DNA of 64,000 nucleotides from Candidatus Poseidoniaceae archaeon (GTDB lineage: Archaea; Thermoplasmatota; Poseidoniia; Poseidoniales; Poseidoniaceae). Shown here in pieces: positions 27,901 to 37,740 of the stretch; the stretch's first letter is position 1; every line of letters begins with the position of its first letter. The translations under genes were made by a program, and so were the position numbers. The notes under the pieces are model-generated. The model searched no databases and was not told where the DNA came from. It worked only from the letters and a program-made list of their open reading frames with translations. The stretch covers positions 156-64,155 of the forward strand of contig CASIAI010000009.1 of assembly GCA_949372655.1 (NCBI GenBank), written 5' to 3'.

Positions 27901-29592
27901 CTTCAAGTTCAGCCGCCAATCGGCTGGAATGCATTCTTTGGCCAAGGTGATTCTGCAGGTAAGTTTACCAGTACAGGACCAATTGACGCAAATCAACTTT
28001 CTATCTTGAATATCACCGTACAGCCGCCTAATATTGTTCAAGATGCAGGTGTTGAAAAGATCGTTTCTGTAAATATCCTCTCGAGAACTACGCCAATTAA
28101 AAGCTGGTTAATCGAGATTCCAATTAAGGTAGATTCTCTCAAGTTAGTAGAATTTACTCTTGATTCTGAATTGAATAGTATTATTCCTGGCTCAGAATTT
28201 GTTATGATTTATTCTATCGAAAATAAGGGTAATGTAGACCTTAGATTATCTCCTTCGTTCATACTACCTCAAGGAATTCAAAATACACAAGGAGTTTCTC
28301 CATTGAACTTAGATATTGGGGAATCAAAAGTTTACATCTTGAACCTTTATGCTGGAGTGAATTCAAAGAGTGGACAGATTATACTCAATATGGATAATGG
28401 CTCAGATAGATTCTCTACCTCAAATGATTTAATCATCCAAATATATGCTAAGCCAACACTTCAGTTTAGTAGATTAACTTATGCTGATTTCTCAACATAT
28501 CCAACATATTCAGGGTCGGGTAGCCATCCTGCAGGCCAAATATTAGAATTTGACTGGGTTTTAGGAAACTCTGCAGATATTGAGTGGACTCCAGTTCTTA
28601 GCATTCAAGAGGATGAAGATTTATCGGTCCAATGTAGTAGTCTTGCAACATTAGCGAAGGATGATGAAATTAACTTTTCGTGTTACGTTTTGATAGACTC
28701 TGAATCAGAACCTTATTCGCAACCCTCATTTACCATTGAATTAAGTGGTGATGGTGCTCAATTTTCAGAAACAGTTTCGCTATACATAGCAAGTGTTGAA
28801 AAGGTTTCTTGGCAAGGTCTATCCTCTAATACTTTCAATACAGGAGAAGAGAAATCAGTTCAAATATTGGTGACTAATACAGGAAATATTCCTTTCAATC
28901 ACCGCCTTGAGGTCACTTCTGATGATGATTGGAAAGTCGTAGTTGATGGTGAAGATATACTAGACTTACAAGTTGGTGAATCGGCTAATGTTCGATTCTT
29001 GATAACTGCTAAGGAACCTGGTTTTTCTGCAATATCACTCGGTTTCAAAACTGTAGAAGTTCCCGAAATGAGTAGTTTCCAGTTCAACGTTTCTTCGATA
29101 GGAGAATCCGAGGATTCTGCGAGTGGAAGTCTCCCGTTGGTTACTGCATCTTTACTAGTAGTTGTTCTTCTAGTAATTATTGGACTTACTGTTGCTTTAT
29201 TGAAGCCCAAACAACAACAACAACAGATAAGACCACTACCAATGCCTAATATGAATAATAATGCAGCAATAAATAAACCAGCAAATCTACCAAAGAGTCT
29301 ACCAAAAATAGCTCCAATGGGGGGTTCTCCAGCTGTTGTTATGCAAGTGGCTCAGGCTAAGATTCAGACGCAACCTACAGTACAATCAACTATTTCTCCA
29401 ACATCGACAGAGGCAAGTAATTCTCCTCCTCCAATATGTTGGTCTTGTCGTAATCCAATCGAAGGTGTGATTCTAGGTTGCCCTTCATGTGGCGCAAGGT
29501 ATCACGGCGAAGGTAGTGAGTCCTGTGACGTTTCAAAACTCGAAAAGTGTGTCAGTTGTTCAGGTTCTACTTCTGAATTTATAGAGGGATGA
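24901..29592 (+). CDS. Membrane-anchored S8 subtilisin-like protease with CARDB/Ig domains
   Basis: Triad motifs VADSG, HGTHV and GTSMATP; AAGNDG oxyanion motif; CARDB (PDL...NTG...VEESLENNN); TM; C-terminal Cys-rich finger. Confidence 0.92.
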   Translation: MTRSNKAGQVGEENMQSIRAGRGAILLVALFVLQSISSIFIPEESFLDEENDYGQVEWVKFDLEEGVYNDARGTLDESVELEERAVYAGTTLGVYDENGLTLSRPVPLEWMQARHDLSLLLISDQINMLDARQQINEIQGLEIREFIYPSGLIIQGTASALIQAESLDSVSSVHSVPLAMLVQEEILDVLLLENGEQSLIGQRMRIQGWRSDAGPLQTISFTDSNQNTLFQDVAEVVELSLDDAIKWDEGRYEGTLKSDQLIALVQQPSINSLRYNPEFTIENNNAGSHMKTGTMKIYFTSDLDGSNQTVAVADSGLDDDHGDFGSRIVGNYDVINDGSTADKWSGHGTHVSCTVLGDGNRGGYAGVAPEADLYFQAMENDNTGNFQSPSLNGLLNSAYNAGARIHTNSWGSSGSNLYGEYTSESQDVDDRANYYDRYYNGAEGLTILFAAGNDGPGSDTVSPPATAKNTVTVGMHQSRYSGAPDTIMSGSSRGPLDDGRIKPDVLAPGGYVRSCKAQEAGDTGGSSWESTWYLEYTGTSMATPNAAGASAMIRQYLEEIALRDSPQGALVKALLILGAEDIGTRDIPNNNEGWGRVNIRNTLAPADGQGIWVDDRSLLSASGNSKSYNFDIDIANDAFKAVLTWSDEYASTFSNKQLVNNFDLEVIDPNGNIYIGNDFTNGRSTTGGSADNTNNVEVVLIDSAIVGQWTVKIKDTYHGGSRSQPFALAVMGHGINDLLPDLTVINSGYEIDIPIPSVGEEVHFNSKIENTGNVKSDPFDMVLEVDGVVVETKNMDVGGGTVKELYWTWTPQSAGSKLISFIIDPTDLVEESLENNNRQDVIVEVTTPGVSLTSSQKIKSLNDPLETSTSWEVNLTNTGLLPTNATITKQGITVAETGESMPWYVGVSSTSFSLQGQESTTLSVTMIHPETPAKGNYQIQLQATDTDNGVSSQLILVMEVFEIANILVEYDYEIVPVNPIDPTVFPIYIQNLGNSNLEYDLQVQPPIGWNAFFGQGDSAGKFTSTGPIDANQLSILNITVQPPNIVQDAGVEKIVSVNILSRTTPIKSWLIEIPIKVDSLKLVEFTLDSELNSIIPGSEFVMIYSIENKGNVDLRLSPSFILPQGIQNTQGVSPLNLDIGESKVYILNLYAGVNSKSGQIILNMDNGSDRFSTSNDLIIQIYAKPTLQFSRLTYADFSTYPTYSGSGSHPAGQILEFDWVLGNSADIEWTPVLSIQEDEDLSVQCSSLATLAKDDEINFSCYVLIDSESEPYSQPSFTIELSGDGAQFSETVSLYIASVEKVSWQGLSSNTFNTGEEKSVQILVTNTGNIPFNHRLEVTSDDDWKVVVDGEDILDLQVGESANVRFLITAKEPGFSAISLGFKTVEVPEMSSFQFNVSSIGESEDSASGSLPLVTASLLVVVLLVIIGLTVALLKPKQQQQQIRPLPMPNMNNNAAINKPANLPKSLPKIAPMGGSPAVVMQVAQAKIQTQPTVQSTISPTSTEASNSPPPICWSCRNPIEGVILGCPSCGARYHGEGSESCDVSKLEKCVSCSGSTSEFIEG

Positions 29593-29635
29593 GTATAGTT
29601 TAACCATTCTATTGTGAGCATTTGAGGATAGGCTT

Positions 29636-32600
29636 TTGATACTAAGTCTTCCACGGGGGTTCATGAACCCCCGAGAAAACACCCAACTTTCAGCGCATCG
29701 TGGCGCTATTTTTCTCGTCATCATAATGCTATTTTCTGTAATTCCGCTAATGTCACCTATGGCATCAGCGGAGGGAAGCATATCTCTGAACGTTTCACCA
29801 AATTCAATGGAAGTAAATCCAGGTGAATCTGGAGAATATACAGTTGTAATTTTCAATACCGGCTCAGACCCAGTAACCGTTAATCTGCAAGCATCTAATG
29901 AACCTGGTGAGGACTGTAATGGCTTTACTACAACGATTGGCCAAATACCTGGTCAGATTGAGTCTGGTTCCTCGGAAGAGACTACAATGAATGTCACGCT
30001 TGCTCAAACTGTTGAGCCTGAATCTTCCTGTGACACCACAGTTACTGCTACAATAACTGCAGTTATTGGAGCGCCAGGTGCGGAAGTTCCAGAACCCTCT
30101 ACTGAAACAGTGACTACCAATGCAGGAGATGGCTCAGGTAGTACTTTATTCGGAGTAGATTTGTACTTTGACAATGTTGAGGAAAGAAATTCCCAAAAGA
30201 AGATACTTGGAGCGGGTTCTGATACAGTCACCTACTTTATCACTGTTGAAAATACAGGGCAAACCAATGAATCGATAGATTTGATATTGGAAGAAGTTAC
30301 CGATTCTGGTTGTAATAACCCTCAAGATTTAACAGTAACGCTCAGCGATACTAATGTTGCTCTTGATGTGGAGGAAACCGAGCAAATCACTGTAGAAGTG
30401 GAAGTTCCTGAAGGGCAGCAAGCAAACGACTACTGCTGGGAAGTTATAGCTACTGTTTCGGGATCCAACCCTGCTCAAAATGCCACTGATACAGTGGAAC
30501 TTGAGTTAGAAGTTCCAGTTCTAAAAGAGTGTTCAATGTCTCTCTCAAAAACTACATTGAATCTAGAACCAGGTGATATTGGAACTTTGACTGCTACCCT
30601 AAGTAATGAAGGTAATAGTGATTGGTCGGTAACTATGTCTGTGACTGGAGACCCAGGTTCTGCCAATAGTAGGTGGGTTACTTTCGATGGACCTTCAAGT
30701 GGATTATTGCCATACAACAGTGGCTCAGGGACGAAATCATTTGATCTAGAAGTGCAGCCAGATGATTCAAGGAGTGCAGGTTCTGAAACTCAAATTACCG
30801 TTCAAGCCAAAGATGGAGGCACTCTAAAATGTATCAAACAATTTACAGTTATTGTAGGACAAAGTTACGGGGCTTCCCTTAGTTTACAGACCTCAAGTTT
30901 AGGCCCTATTGAGCCAGGTGAAAACCAATCATCAAAAGTTACTGTCACCAACACAGGTAACGGTGAAGATACTCTTAGATTAACGGTTTCTTCCCCTCCT
31001 TCTGGGTGGACTGTCACATTGGATAGGGCGACAGTTACTGTAGGTTCAAAACATGGTTCAAGCAAATCAGCCGAAGTATCTTTTACAGTATCAGTTCCTG
31101 AAGATGCTCTTGCTACAGAAAGTATTGACTTGACCTTCTCAGTTTTACCAAATGGCGGCGGACAAGCGTACCAAACTAAGATTCTTTCAGTCACGGTCAA
31201 GGAAACTCATGGAATGGATGTCGAAAGAGGCGAGAATCAAACCGGCCGTTCAAATACCATTTTACTATTTCCAATGACGGTTGAGAACCTTGGAAATAAT
31301 GAGGATAGTTTTAGATTTTATACAAAAAGCAATACTGAAAACTGGGAGACTTGGTTTATGGATGAATCTGGTAATCAGCAGTCACAATTCGACATTGGGG
31401 CTAGAGAAACCCAAATTATTACCTTAAATGTTAGAGTTAAAGTTGGAACTGAGAATTGGGAGTTTACCGATATCGATGTTGAGGTGACAAATTTAGGAGA
31501 CTCCAATACTGCCGATGATAATCTCGATGGATTGCCAGATAATAAGCGATTGGAGAAGTTTAGAGCCATACGTTCCGATGTCAATTATTCAATGGACATT
31601 AAATTTGATGAAGGCACCCCAGGTGTGTCGATAAATAACAGAGTTACCTCGATAGTCCTCCCACCTGAAGGAGAAGTAATTTTCAATATGTGGGTTGAAA
31701 ATACGGGTGATGAAAATTACGATAATGCCGTTTTTGACATAAATGGGCTAGAAGGTTTAGCTACACGTCAATTATTATTAGATGGTGAAGTAGTAGATAT
31801 TGCTGGTAAATTCAAGATATTATCTGGATTTGGACTTTGGAATGCTACAACGGGCTCATACCAACTAGATGCAGATGGTGAACTAGTACACTCTTATTCG
31901 GAGCAAGGTATTGAATTTGAAAAAGAAAACCTGGGGATATTAGATCTTGAGGTTAAGACTTACAGAGTGCTGTTTCAACTTAAGATAGAAGTAAACCCAG
32001 GTGCTGTAACTGGAGACGGGGGAGCTCTAGAAGTTGTTGTTACAAGCGAATCAAATTCTGCAGACCGTAAAGGTTTCACTTCTCTAAGTCTAGAGGTACA
32101 AACTATCTATAACATTCAATTCCAATCCGATGTCAGACTTGACCATTACCTTGAGTATCCAGATAAAGAGACAATAAATGTTGATGTTATCAATGAAGGT
32201 AATATTAGGACACAGTTCCTTGTTCTAAATCCGGAAGGACTGAGAGGATGGACCGTTTCTATGGATTATACCAACGGCTCATGTTCTTCTAATTCAGAAG
32301 GACTAACTTGCTGGCTAGATGTTGGAGAATCCATTGGGCTTGAAGTTAATGTAAGGCCATCATTTGATGCAGAAGTTGAAGATAACTTCACCTTCACATT
32401 ATCGGTTCAACCGATTGAAACAGGAGTAATCGATAGAGAAAATATCGAATTTTCTGTTTTGGGGGAGCCTTATGCTGGAGCCTTTGGGCTTGGAATTCAA
32501 CAAGAGCATATCAAAACTGGAATGTATGTTCTAGTCGCTATAATATTCCTTGGAATAACATATCAAGGGGCAAGGCCTACAATAATGGAAATGAGTGCCA

Positions 32601-33193
32601 AATCAAGGGCTAAGCGCCAATTGATTTACTCTGATAAACTATTACATGCCAAGGCTAGTGGTTTCAAAACACAAAGTGGCCTAAGTTTCAATCCAGTGCC
32701 GTATCGTTCTTCATTGAAACAATGGTTAGTATTCACGCCTCTAACACTCGGTATTTACCCTGCTATTGTGTTATTCAAGTGGGGTAGTGAATTGAAGAGG
32801 TATGCTAACCTTGGGCCTGGAGGAGCAAAGAATTTATTATTCTTCATCATACCTTTATTCAATTTCTACTGGGGATTCAGATTTATTGGCCTAGTTAGGC
32901 AATTAGAAACACAGACAATGCATCAAACAAAAGTATCTACTAAGGCTCCTATGGTTTGGTTTATTCTTTCGATATTTGTTTTCCCTGTTCTTGCCGGTAT
33001 TACTTTCCTTGTTGGAGCGCTTCTAATGATCCCAGTTATCATTCTACTGCCTGAGTTTGTTTCTTTGCCTATCTTGTACTTGTTCTACTCATTCGTTGTT
33101 TGGTTGTTTATCTTGCCATCGTACAAGATATGGTCTTTAACACAGAATTCAATGAATGCTTCTTGGACTATTTGGTTCGGTAAATCTGCATAG
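29636..33193 (+). CDS. Multi-Ig (COG1470/NPCBM-associated-like) surface protein with C-terminal DUF4234-like membrane domain
   Basis: Repeated V.NTGN..D...L....P.GW units; C-terminal multi-TM region with LTLGIYP motif. Confidence 0.72.
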   Translation: MILSLPRGFMNPRENTQLSAHRGAIFLVIIMLFSVIPLMSPMASAEGSISLNVSPNSMEVNPGESGEYTVVIFNTGSDPVTVNLQASNEPGEDCNGFTTTIGQIPGQIESGSSEETTMNVTLAQTVEPESSCDTTVTATITAVIGAPGAEVPEPSTETVTTNAGDGSGSTLFGVDLYFDNVEERNSQKKILGAGSDTVTYFITVENTGQTNESIDLILEEVTDSGCNNPQDLTVTLSDTNVALDVEETEQITVEVEVPEGQQANDYCWEVIATVSGSNPAQNATDTVELELEVPVLKECSMSLSKTTLNLEPGDIGTLTATLSNEGNSDWSVTMSVTGDPGSANSRWVTFDGPSSGLLPYNSGSGTKSFDLEVQPDDSRSAGSETQITVQAKDGGTLKCIKQFTVIVGQSYGASLSLQTSSLGPIEPGENQSSKVTVTNTGNGEDTLRLTVSSPPSGWTVTLDRATVTVGSKHGSSKSAEVSFTVSVPEDALATESIDLTFSVLPNGGGQAYQTKILSVTVKETHGMDVERGENQTGRSNTILLFPMTVENLGNNEDSFRFYTKSNTENWETWFMDESGNQQSQFDIGARETQIITLNVRVKVGTENWEFTDIDVEVTNLGDSNTADDNLDGLPDNKRLEKFRAIRSDVNYSMDIKFDEGTPGVSINNRVTSIVLPPEGEVIFNMWVENTGDENYDNAVFDINGLEGLATRQLLLDGEVVDIAGKFKILSGFGLWNATTGSYQLDADGELVHSYSEQGIEFEKENLGILDLEVKTYRVLFQLKIEVNPGAVTGDGGALEVVVTSESNSADRKGFTSLSLEVQTIYNIQFQSDVRLDHYLEYPDKETINVDVINEGNIRTQFLVLNPEGLRGWTVSMDYTNGSCSSNSEGLTCWLDVGESIGLEVNVRPSFDAEVEDNFTFTLSVQPIETGVIDRENIEFSVLGEPYAGAFGLGIQQEHIKTGMYVLVAIIFLGITYQGARPTIMEMSAKSRAKRQLIYSDKLLHAKASGFKTQSGLSFNPVPYRSSLKQWLVFTPLTLGIYPAIVLFKWGSELKRYANLGPGGAKNLLFFIIPLFNFYWGFRFIGLVRQLETQTMHQTKVSTKAPMVWFILSIFVFPVLAGITFLVGALLMIPVIILLPEFVSLPILYLFYSFVVWLFILPSYKIWSLTQNSMNASWTIWFGKSA

Positions 33194-33324
33194 ATTTCCC
33201 TGTGATTTTGGCAGAATTTAATGGTCAAATTATACCTGAAAAAAGCTGTATCATTTGGGAACCCTTATTGAGGGGTAATTATTGGAAAGATTGCTGGGCG
33301 TATGCTTTGCAATTGGGTGAAAAA

Positions 33325-33810
33325 ATGTCCGGACTTGAATCGGTACCTAGCTCATATCTTTCTATTGGCTTTTTGACGGTTGTTGGCATACTTATGCCAC
33401 TAACAAATTTCCTCATTACTTGGGTGGTTAGACCTCGTGTTGACCCTGCTCGTCCTCATATTACTCGTTCATACCTTTTGGAAGGTTATGAGAAAGACCA
33501 CAGCCTGTATCCAAGAAGGCTGACTACTTTCGAATGTGGTAGTGAGCCAGTAGGCGATGCAATGATACAATTTCATTTTCAATATTACTGGTATGCGATT
33601 ATCTTCCTGGTTTTTGATGTAGCTTTCATGTTCCTAGTTTTGGGCGGAATGGTTGCATCTGATGCTACAGCACAAGACCTAGCAGAAAGCGCTAGAGAAG
33701 GTGCAGTTGCCAAAGCCAAGAACGCACTGGTCGTTCTTAGCGTATTCTTTGCCACAATGTCGTTAGGCGTGTGGTATGTTTTCCGAAAGCGAGGAAGAAT
33801 ATACATCTGA
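33325..33810 (+). CDS. nuoA: Complex I-like subunit A
   Basis: FECG.EP...FHFQYY.YAIIFLVFDV; GGGTGA SD before the ATG at 33325. Confidence 0.92.
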   Translation: MSGLESVPSSYLSIGFLTVVGILMPLTNFLITWVVRPRVDPARPHITRSYLLEGYEKDHSLYPRRLTTFECGSEPVGDAMIQFHFQYYWYAIIFLVFDVAFMFLVLGGMVASDATAQDLAESAREGAVAKAKNALVVLSVFFATMSLGVWYVFRKRGRIYI

Positions 33811-33822
33811 GGTGATTTAATG
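33808..33822 (+). promoter_or_regulatory. Stop codon-embedded Shine-Dalgarno (TGAGGTGA), recurring in the nuo operon
   Basis: TGAGGTGA...ATG also occurs at about 15891, 36215, 37727 and 39555, suggesting translational coupling. Confidence 0.7.
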
Positions 33823-34413
33823 GCTGATACTGGAGAGAATTTTGCTGCTTTCAATAGCAGAGCGCTTGTCGAGATGGTCGGTGGCGTTACCGATGAAGCA
33901 TTAAAAGTAACAAAAATCAAGCAATTTCTAAGCGTTCTTGCTGGCAGATTTTTTAATTGGGCAGGAAGAAAATCCTTGTTTACTCTGCATTTGGGTATCA
34001 AGTGTTGCGCTATTGAGATGGCTGCAGCGGCAACACCGCGTTTCGATGGAGACCGGTTCGGTGTACTTTTCCGTTCATCTCCACGTCAATCTGACGTCCT
34101 ACTTGTCAACGGCCCGGTTTCCAAGAAGTTTGCCGATAAGATAGTCCGTCTTTGGGAGCAAATGCCAGAGCCAAAATACTGTATTGCAATGGGCGAATGT
34201 GCAATTTCAGGAGGCCCCTACTTTCAGTCATACAATATTCTTGAAGGAGTCGACACTGTAATTCCAGTAGACGTATACATCCCGGGATGCCCTCCAAGGC
34301 CAGAGGCTCTAATCGATGGCTTTGGATTACTTCGTGAAAAGATTATCCGAATTGGCGCCGCTCCAAGTTCACAGAGAGAGAGCGAGAAGCCTTTGATTGT
34401 TGGAGATGAGTGA
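33820..34413 (+). CDS. nuoB: Complex I-like subunit B
   Basis: CCAIEM, SPRQSD, QMPEPK, MGECA..GG and VDVYIPGCPPRPEA. Confidence 0.95.
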   Translation: MADTGENFAAFNSRALVEMVGGVTDEALKVTKIKQFLSVLAGRFFNWAGRKSLFTLHLGIKCCAIEMAAAATPRFDGDRFGVLFRSSPRQSDVLLVNGPVSKKFADKIVRLWEQMPEPKYCIAMGECAISGGPYFQSYNILEGVDTVIPVDVYIPGCPPRPEALIDGFGLLREKIIRIGAAPSSQRESEKPLIVGDE

Positions 34414-35068
34414 TATGGGTACAACTGTTACACTATCACAAAACGAAGCAGCCGCAAATGAATGCTTAGAGGCGATTAACTCTCGTTTTTCTGGCTCAGG
34501 AGTTGTTGCTTCAGTAGAAAAGCACTCAAATGCTAAGAAATATGCATTTATTCGAATCACAACACCCCCCCAACACTGGCAAGCACTAGCAAAATGGTTG
34601 CGTTTTGACTTGAATGTCAATTATTGTTCTATGGTCACAGGAACTCATTACCCTGAAGGTCCACAAGAAAGAGGCTGGGAAGTGGCTTATCACTTTCTAA
34701 GGCAACCAATTACAGATCAGCGTCCAGATACTTACACGGTTTATGTGGCTGAGAAGTTAGACGGGCAATTAATTCCAATGGAATTCGAAGTTTTGATTCC
34801 TCTTGAAAATAATGATTCTCCAGTCGTTCCAACAGTGCAACACATTTGGGGTGGCGCAGATTGGAATGAGAAGGAAACTTGGGACCTTGTTGGGATTAAA
34901 TTTGAGGGCCATAAAAACATGCATAGAGTCCTAAATCCTCACGATAGCCCTGAAGGATTCCATCCACTACAAAAGCAACACAAACTTCGATATCACGATC
35001 ATAATGAAATGTATGATGACCCCCAAGGCTTTGGCCGAAAACCAGCGGATGAGGGCCGTATTAAGTGA
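34406..35068 (+). CDS. nuoC: Complex I-like subunit C
   Basis: ADWNEKETWDLVGI.FEGH...HPL.K. Confidence 0.9.
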   Translation: MSDMGTTVTLSQNEAAANECLEAINSRFSGSGVVASVEKHSNAKKYAFIRITTPPQHWQALAKWLRFDLNVNYCSMVTGTHYPEGPQERGWEVAYHFLRQPITDQRPDTYTVYVAEKLDGQLIPMEFEVLIPLENNDSPVVPTVQHIWGGADWNEKETWDLVGIKFEGHKNMHRVLNPHDSPEGFHPLQKQHKLRYHDHNEMYDDPQGFGRKPADEGRIK

Positions 35069-35077
35069 GGAATTACC

Positions 35078-36217
35078 ATGGCACAAATGTGGATTACAAT
35101 GGGGCCTCAGCACCCGATGACTCATGGGCTGTGGACTCTGAGAGTGAAAGTTGATGGTGAGACAGTAGTCGATACCGAAGCGGAATTAGGATATATCCAT
35201 CGTGGGGTTGAGAAAATATGCGAATCAAGAGATTTTACTCAAGTTACGCCCTACTGCGACAGACTTTGTTATGTTAGCGCAATGACTTGGGCTAATTCCT
35301 ACATTTATGCTGCAGAAGACCTTTTGGAGGCGGACGTTCCAGAAAGAGCAGAATATATTCGTTTGATTTCGGCAGAATTGCAAAGACTTGCATCTCACTT
35401 GATGTGGCTCGGCGCTTTTGGCCCAGATATTGGTAACTTGACTTTGATGACTTGGTGTATGCGAGACCGCGAGATGTTCCTTGACCTGCTTCAAGAGTTA
35501 GGTGGCTCAAGAATGCACTATAACTATCCTAGAATCGGTGGTGTAAAGCGTGACATTCCTATTGGATTTGCTGATAGAATGATTGCTAAAGTGAAATTAT
35601 TCGAACGCAGAATCGAAGAATACGAGATGATGCTTGACGAATCTACCATTTGGTTGGTCCGATTACAAGGTGTTGGCTATGCTAATGCCGAAGAAATGGT
35701 TGAAGCTGGTGTATCAGGGCCTAACGTCCGTGCAGCAGGAGTAAATTATGACGTCCGTTGGGCGCACCCATATTCAGTTTATGACGAAGTAGACTGGGAG
35801 CCGGCAGTTGAGAAACCAACCTCGGTAAAAGGTGCAGACTGTTATGACCGTTACAGAGTTAGAATGGAAGAGATGCGCCAATCATGTAGAATGGTACTAG
35901 ATGCAATTGAGAAAATCCCTGGAGGGAAGAATACAAACTACGCTAATGGCGATGAGATGATTTACCAAAAAGCGCCAACACGTGCTCCAGAAGGAGCTTC
36001 AGGATTTAGTAACTACGAGTGTACTAGAGGCGCTTCACAATTCTATGTTCAAGGCGGCGGAGATGGCCGTGGAAAGAATCCTTATCGACTTTCAATCCGT
36101 TCTCCAATGTTCATAACAATTCCATTCGTTGCTAAGACGATGATTGGTTACAAGGTTGCCGACATACCTGCAATTATGGGTAGTTTCGACCCATGTATCG
36201 GAGAGACAGATCGTTGA
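35078..36217 (+). CDS. nuoD: Complex I-like subunit D
   Basis: GPQHP.THG, GYIHRG.EK, DRLCY and DPCIGETDR. Confidence 0.95.
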   Translation: MAQMWITMGPQHPMTHGLWTLRVKVDGETVVDTEAELGYIHRGVEKICESRDFTQVTPYCDRLCYVSAMTWANSYIYAAEDLLEADVPERAEYIRLISAELQRLASHLMWLGAFGPDIGNLTLMTWCMRDREMFLDLLQELGGSRMHYNYPRIGGVKRDIPIGFADRMIAKVKLFERRIEEYEMMLDESTIWLVRLQGVGYANAEEMVEAGVSGPNVRAAGVNYDVRWAHPYSVYDEVDWEPAVEKPTSVKGADCYDRYRVRMEEMRQSCRMVLDAIEKIPGGKNTNYANGDEMIYQKAPTRAPEGASGFSNYECTRGASQFYVQGGGDGRGKNPYRLSIRSPMFITIPFVAKTMIGYKVADIPAIMGSFDPCIGETDR

Positions 36218-36226
36218 GGTGATATC

Positions 36227-37729
36227 ATGGATGATGCATATGACTTACGAGGATTAATTTTTGACCTTGTCGATAAGACAATCCCGCCACTTCTTGAGGG
36301 CACCCCCCTAGAAGAAAGTACAGGTCAAATCGCATTTGGATTAGCGACCTTTGCAGTAGTAAACATTGTATTTCTGATGTTATTTTTCTCACAATTCGCA
36401 ATTCTTTGGATTGAGAGGAAAGCCGTTGCTAGAATGAATGATAGAAGAGGTGCAACCACTGCTCTACGTTCCTTGTGGGTTGGTGAAAACGGAGTTACTG
36501 CAGGTGAATGGTGGAACATGCTGCCATTTGGACTTGGTAAACCAATTGGCGCTGTCAATAAATGGTTGAATAAGAAATTCGGTAATAGAGATGAAAAGTT
36601 CCCCACAGTTGACAGAGTCAATAACAGGTCATGGATGGGATACTCGATATTCCCAGGTTTCTTTCAAAACGTCGCAGATGGCATGAAGTTCTTGTTAAAA
36701 GAACATATGGTGCCACAAAGAGCAGATAAGTTAATCTTCGAAGTTTCACCATTCTTAATAGTTTCATCCACTCTACTAATTCTTGGAATCATACCACTTT
36801 CTAGTGGAATTTATGCCACTAATCCTGAACTTTCAATTCTATATGCCATAGCAATCTTTGGAATAGCGCCAATCGGTGTTTTCTTTGCTGGATGGTCTTC
36901 TAACAATAAATATACCTTGATCGGTGGAATTCGCTCTGCTGCACAACTAACTGCATACGAAATTCCACTTTTACTTACATTACTTTCAGTCGCCGTTTTG
37001 TCTGGAACTTTCAACATAATAGAGAGTGTACACTTCCAACATTCAGCAGGCGCTTGGAACCTATTCTTGATGCCTCTTGGTGCCGGATTATTCCTTCTAA
37101 CAATGATTGCTGAAGTAGAACGTGTCCCGTTTGATATGCCCGAAGCTGAAGCCGAATTGGTTGAAGGCTGGTGGACTGAATACGGAGGAATGAGATTTGG
37201 AATGTTATTCATGGCTGAATATATCAGAACCTATGCCGCATGTTTCTTGTTCACCCACTTCTTCCTTGGGGGATGGCATCTACCATTCCAAGGTCTAATT
37301 GGTTCGATACCAGTTGTTGGCGGTGCTTATCTTTTGATTCCTGGAGCAGTAGTAGTTCTACTCAAGTCTTGGTTAGTATTCCTACTAGTATTCGTATGGG
37401 CGAGATTCTCTCTAGCAAGAATAAGAACTGACCAAATTCTTGAATTTGGTTGGAGAATCTTGTTGCCACTAGCAGTATTCCAATTAATCCTATCAGCAGT
37501 CTACCGATTGTATCTGTTTGATCCTTCAGCAATGGATGATGGAACTTATGGAGGTACTTCATGGGAGGCTCTAGGAATCCCATTCTTTATTCCAGCGATT
37601 ACAACCGCCATTTGGCTAGGGATATTCTTCCTTATGCTTAATGATGAAGATAAGAGCGGAAACACGGAACGTATGTTCCATGTATACACAGACAAGCCAG
37701 CGGGAACATATGTCCCGGGGCAGGAGTGA
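36227..37729 (+). CDS. nuoH: Complex I-like subunit H
   Basis: ERK..A, ADGMK...KE, GWSSNNKY and RVPFDMPEAEAELV.G..TEYGG. Confidence 0.95.
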   Translation: MDDAYDLRGLIFDLVDKTIPPLLEGTPLEESTGQIAFGLATFAVVNIVFLMLFFSQFAILWIERKAVARMNDRRGATTALRSLWVGENGVTAGEWWNMLPFGLGKPIGAVNKWLNKKFGNRDEKFPTVDRVNNRSWMGYSIFPGFFQNVADGMKFLLKEHMVPQRADKLIFEVSPFLIVSSTLLILGIIPLSSGIYATNPELSILYAIAIFGIAPIGVFFAGWSSNNKYTLIGGIRSAAQLTAYEIPLLLTLLSVAVLSGTFNIIESVHFQHSAGAWNLFLMPLGAGLFLLTMIAEVERVPFDMPEAEAELVEGWWTEYGGMRFGMLFMAEYIRTYAACFLFTHFFLGGWHLPFQGLIGSIPVVGGAYLLIPGAVVVLLKSWLVFLLVFVWARFSLARIRTDQILEFGWRILLPLAVFQLILSAVYRLYLFDPSAMDDGTYGGTSWEALGIPFFIPAITTAIWLGIFFLMLNDEDKSGNTERMFHVYTDKPAGTYVPGQE

Positions 37730-37740
37730 GGTGAAAAAAT

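Noticed and set aside
35078-36217. Group 4 NiFe hydrogenase large subunit
   Set aside because: Both CxxC motifs are incomplete and the quinone-site His and Tyr are present.
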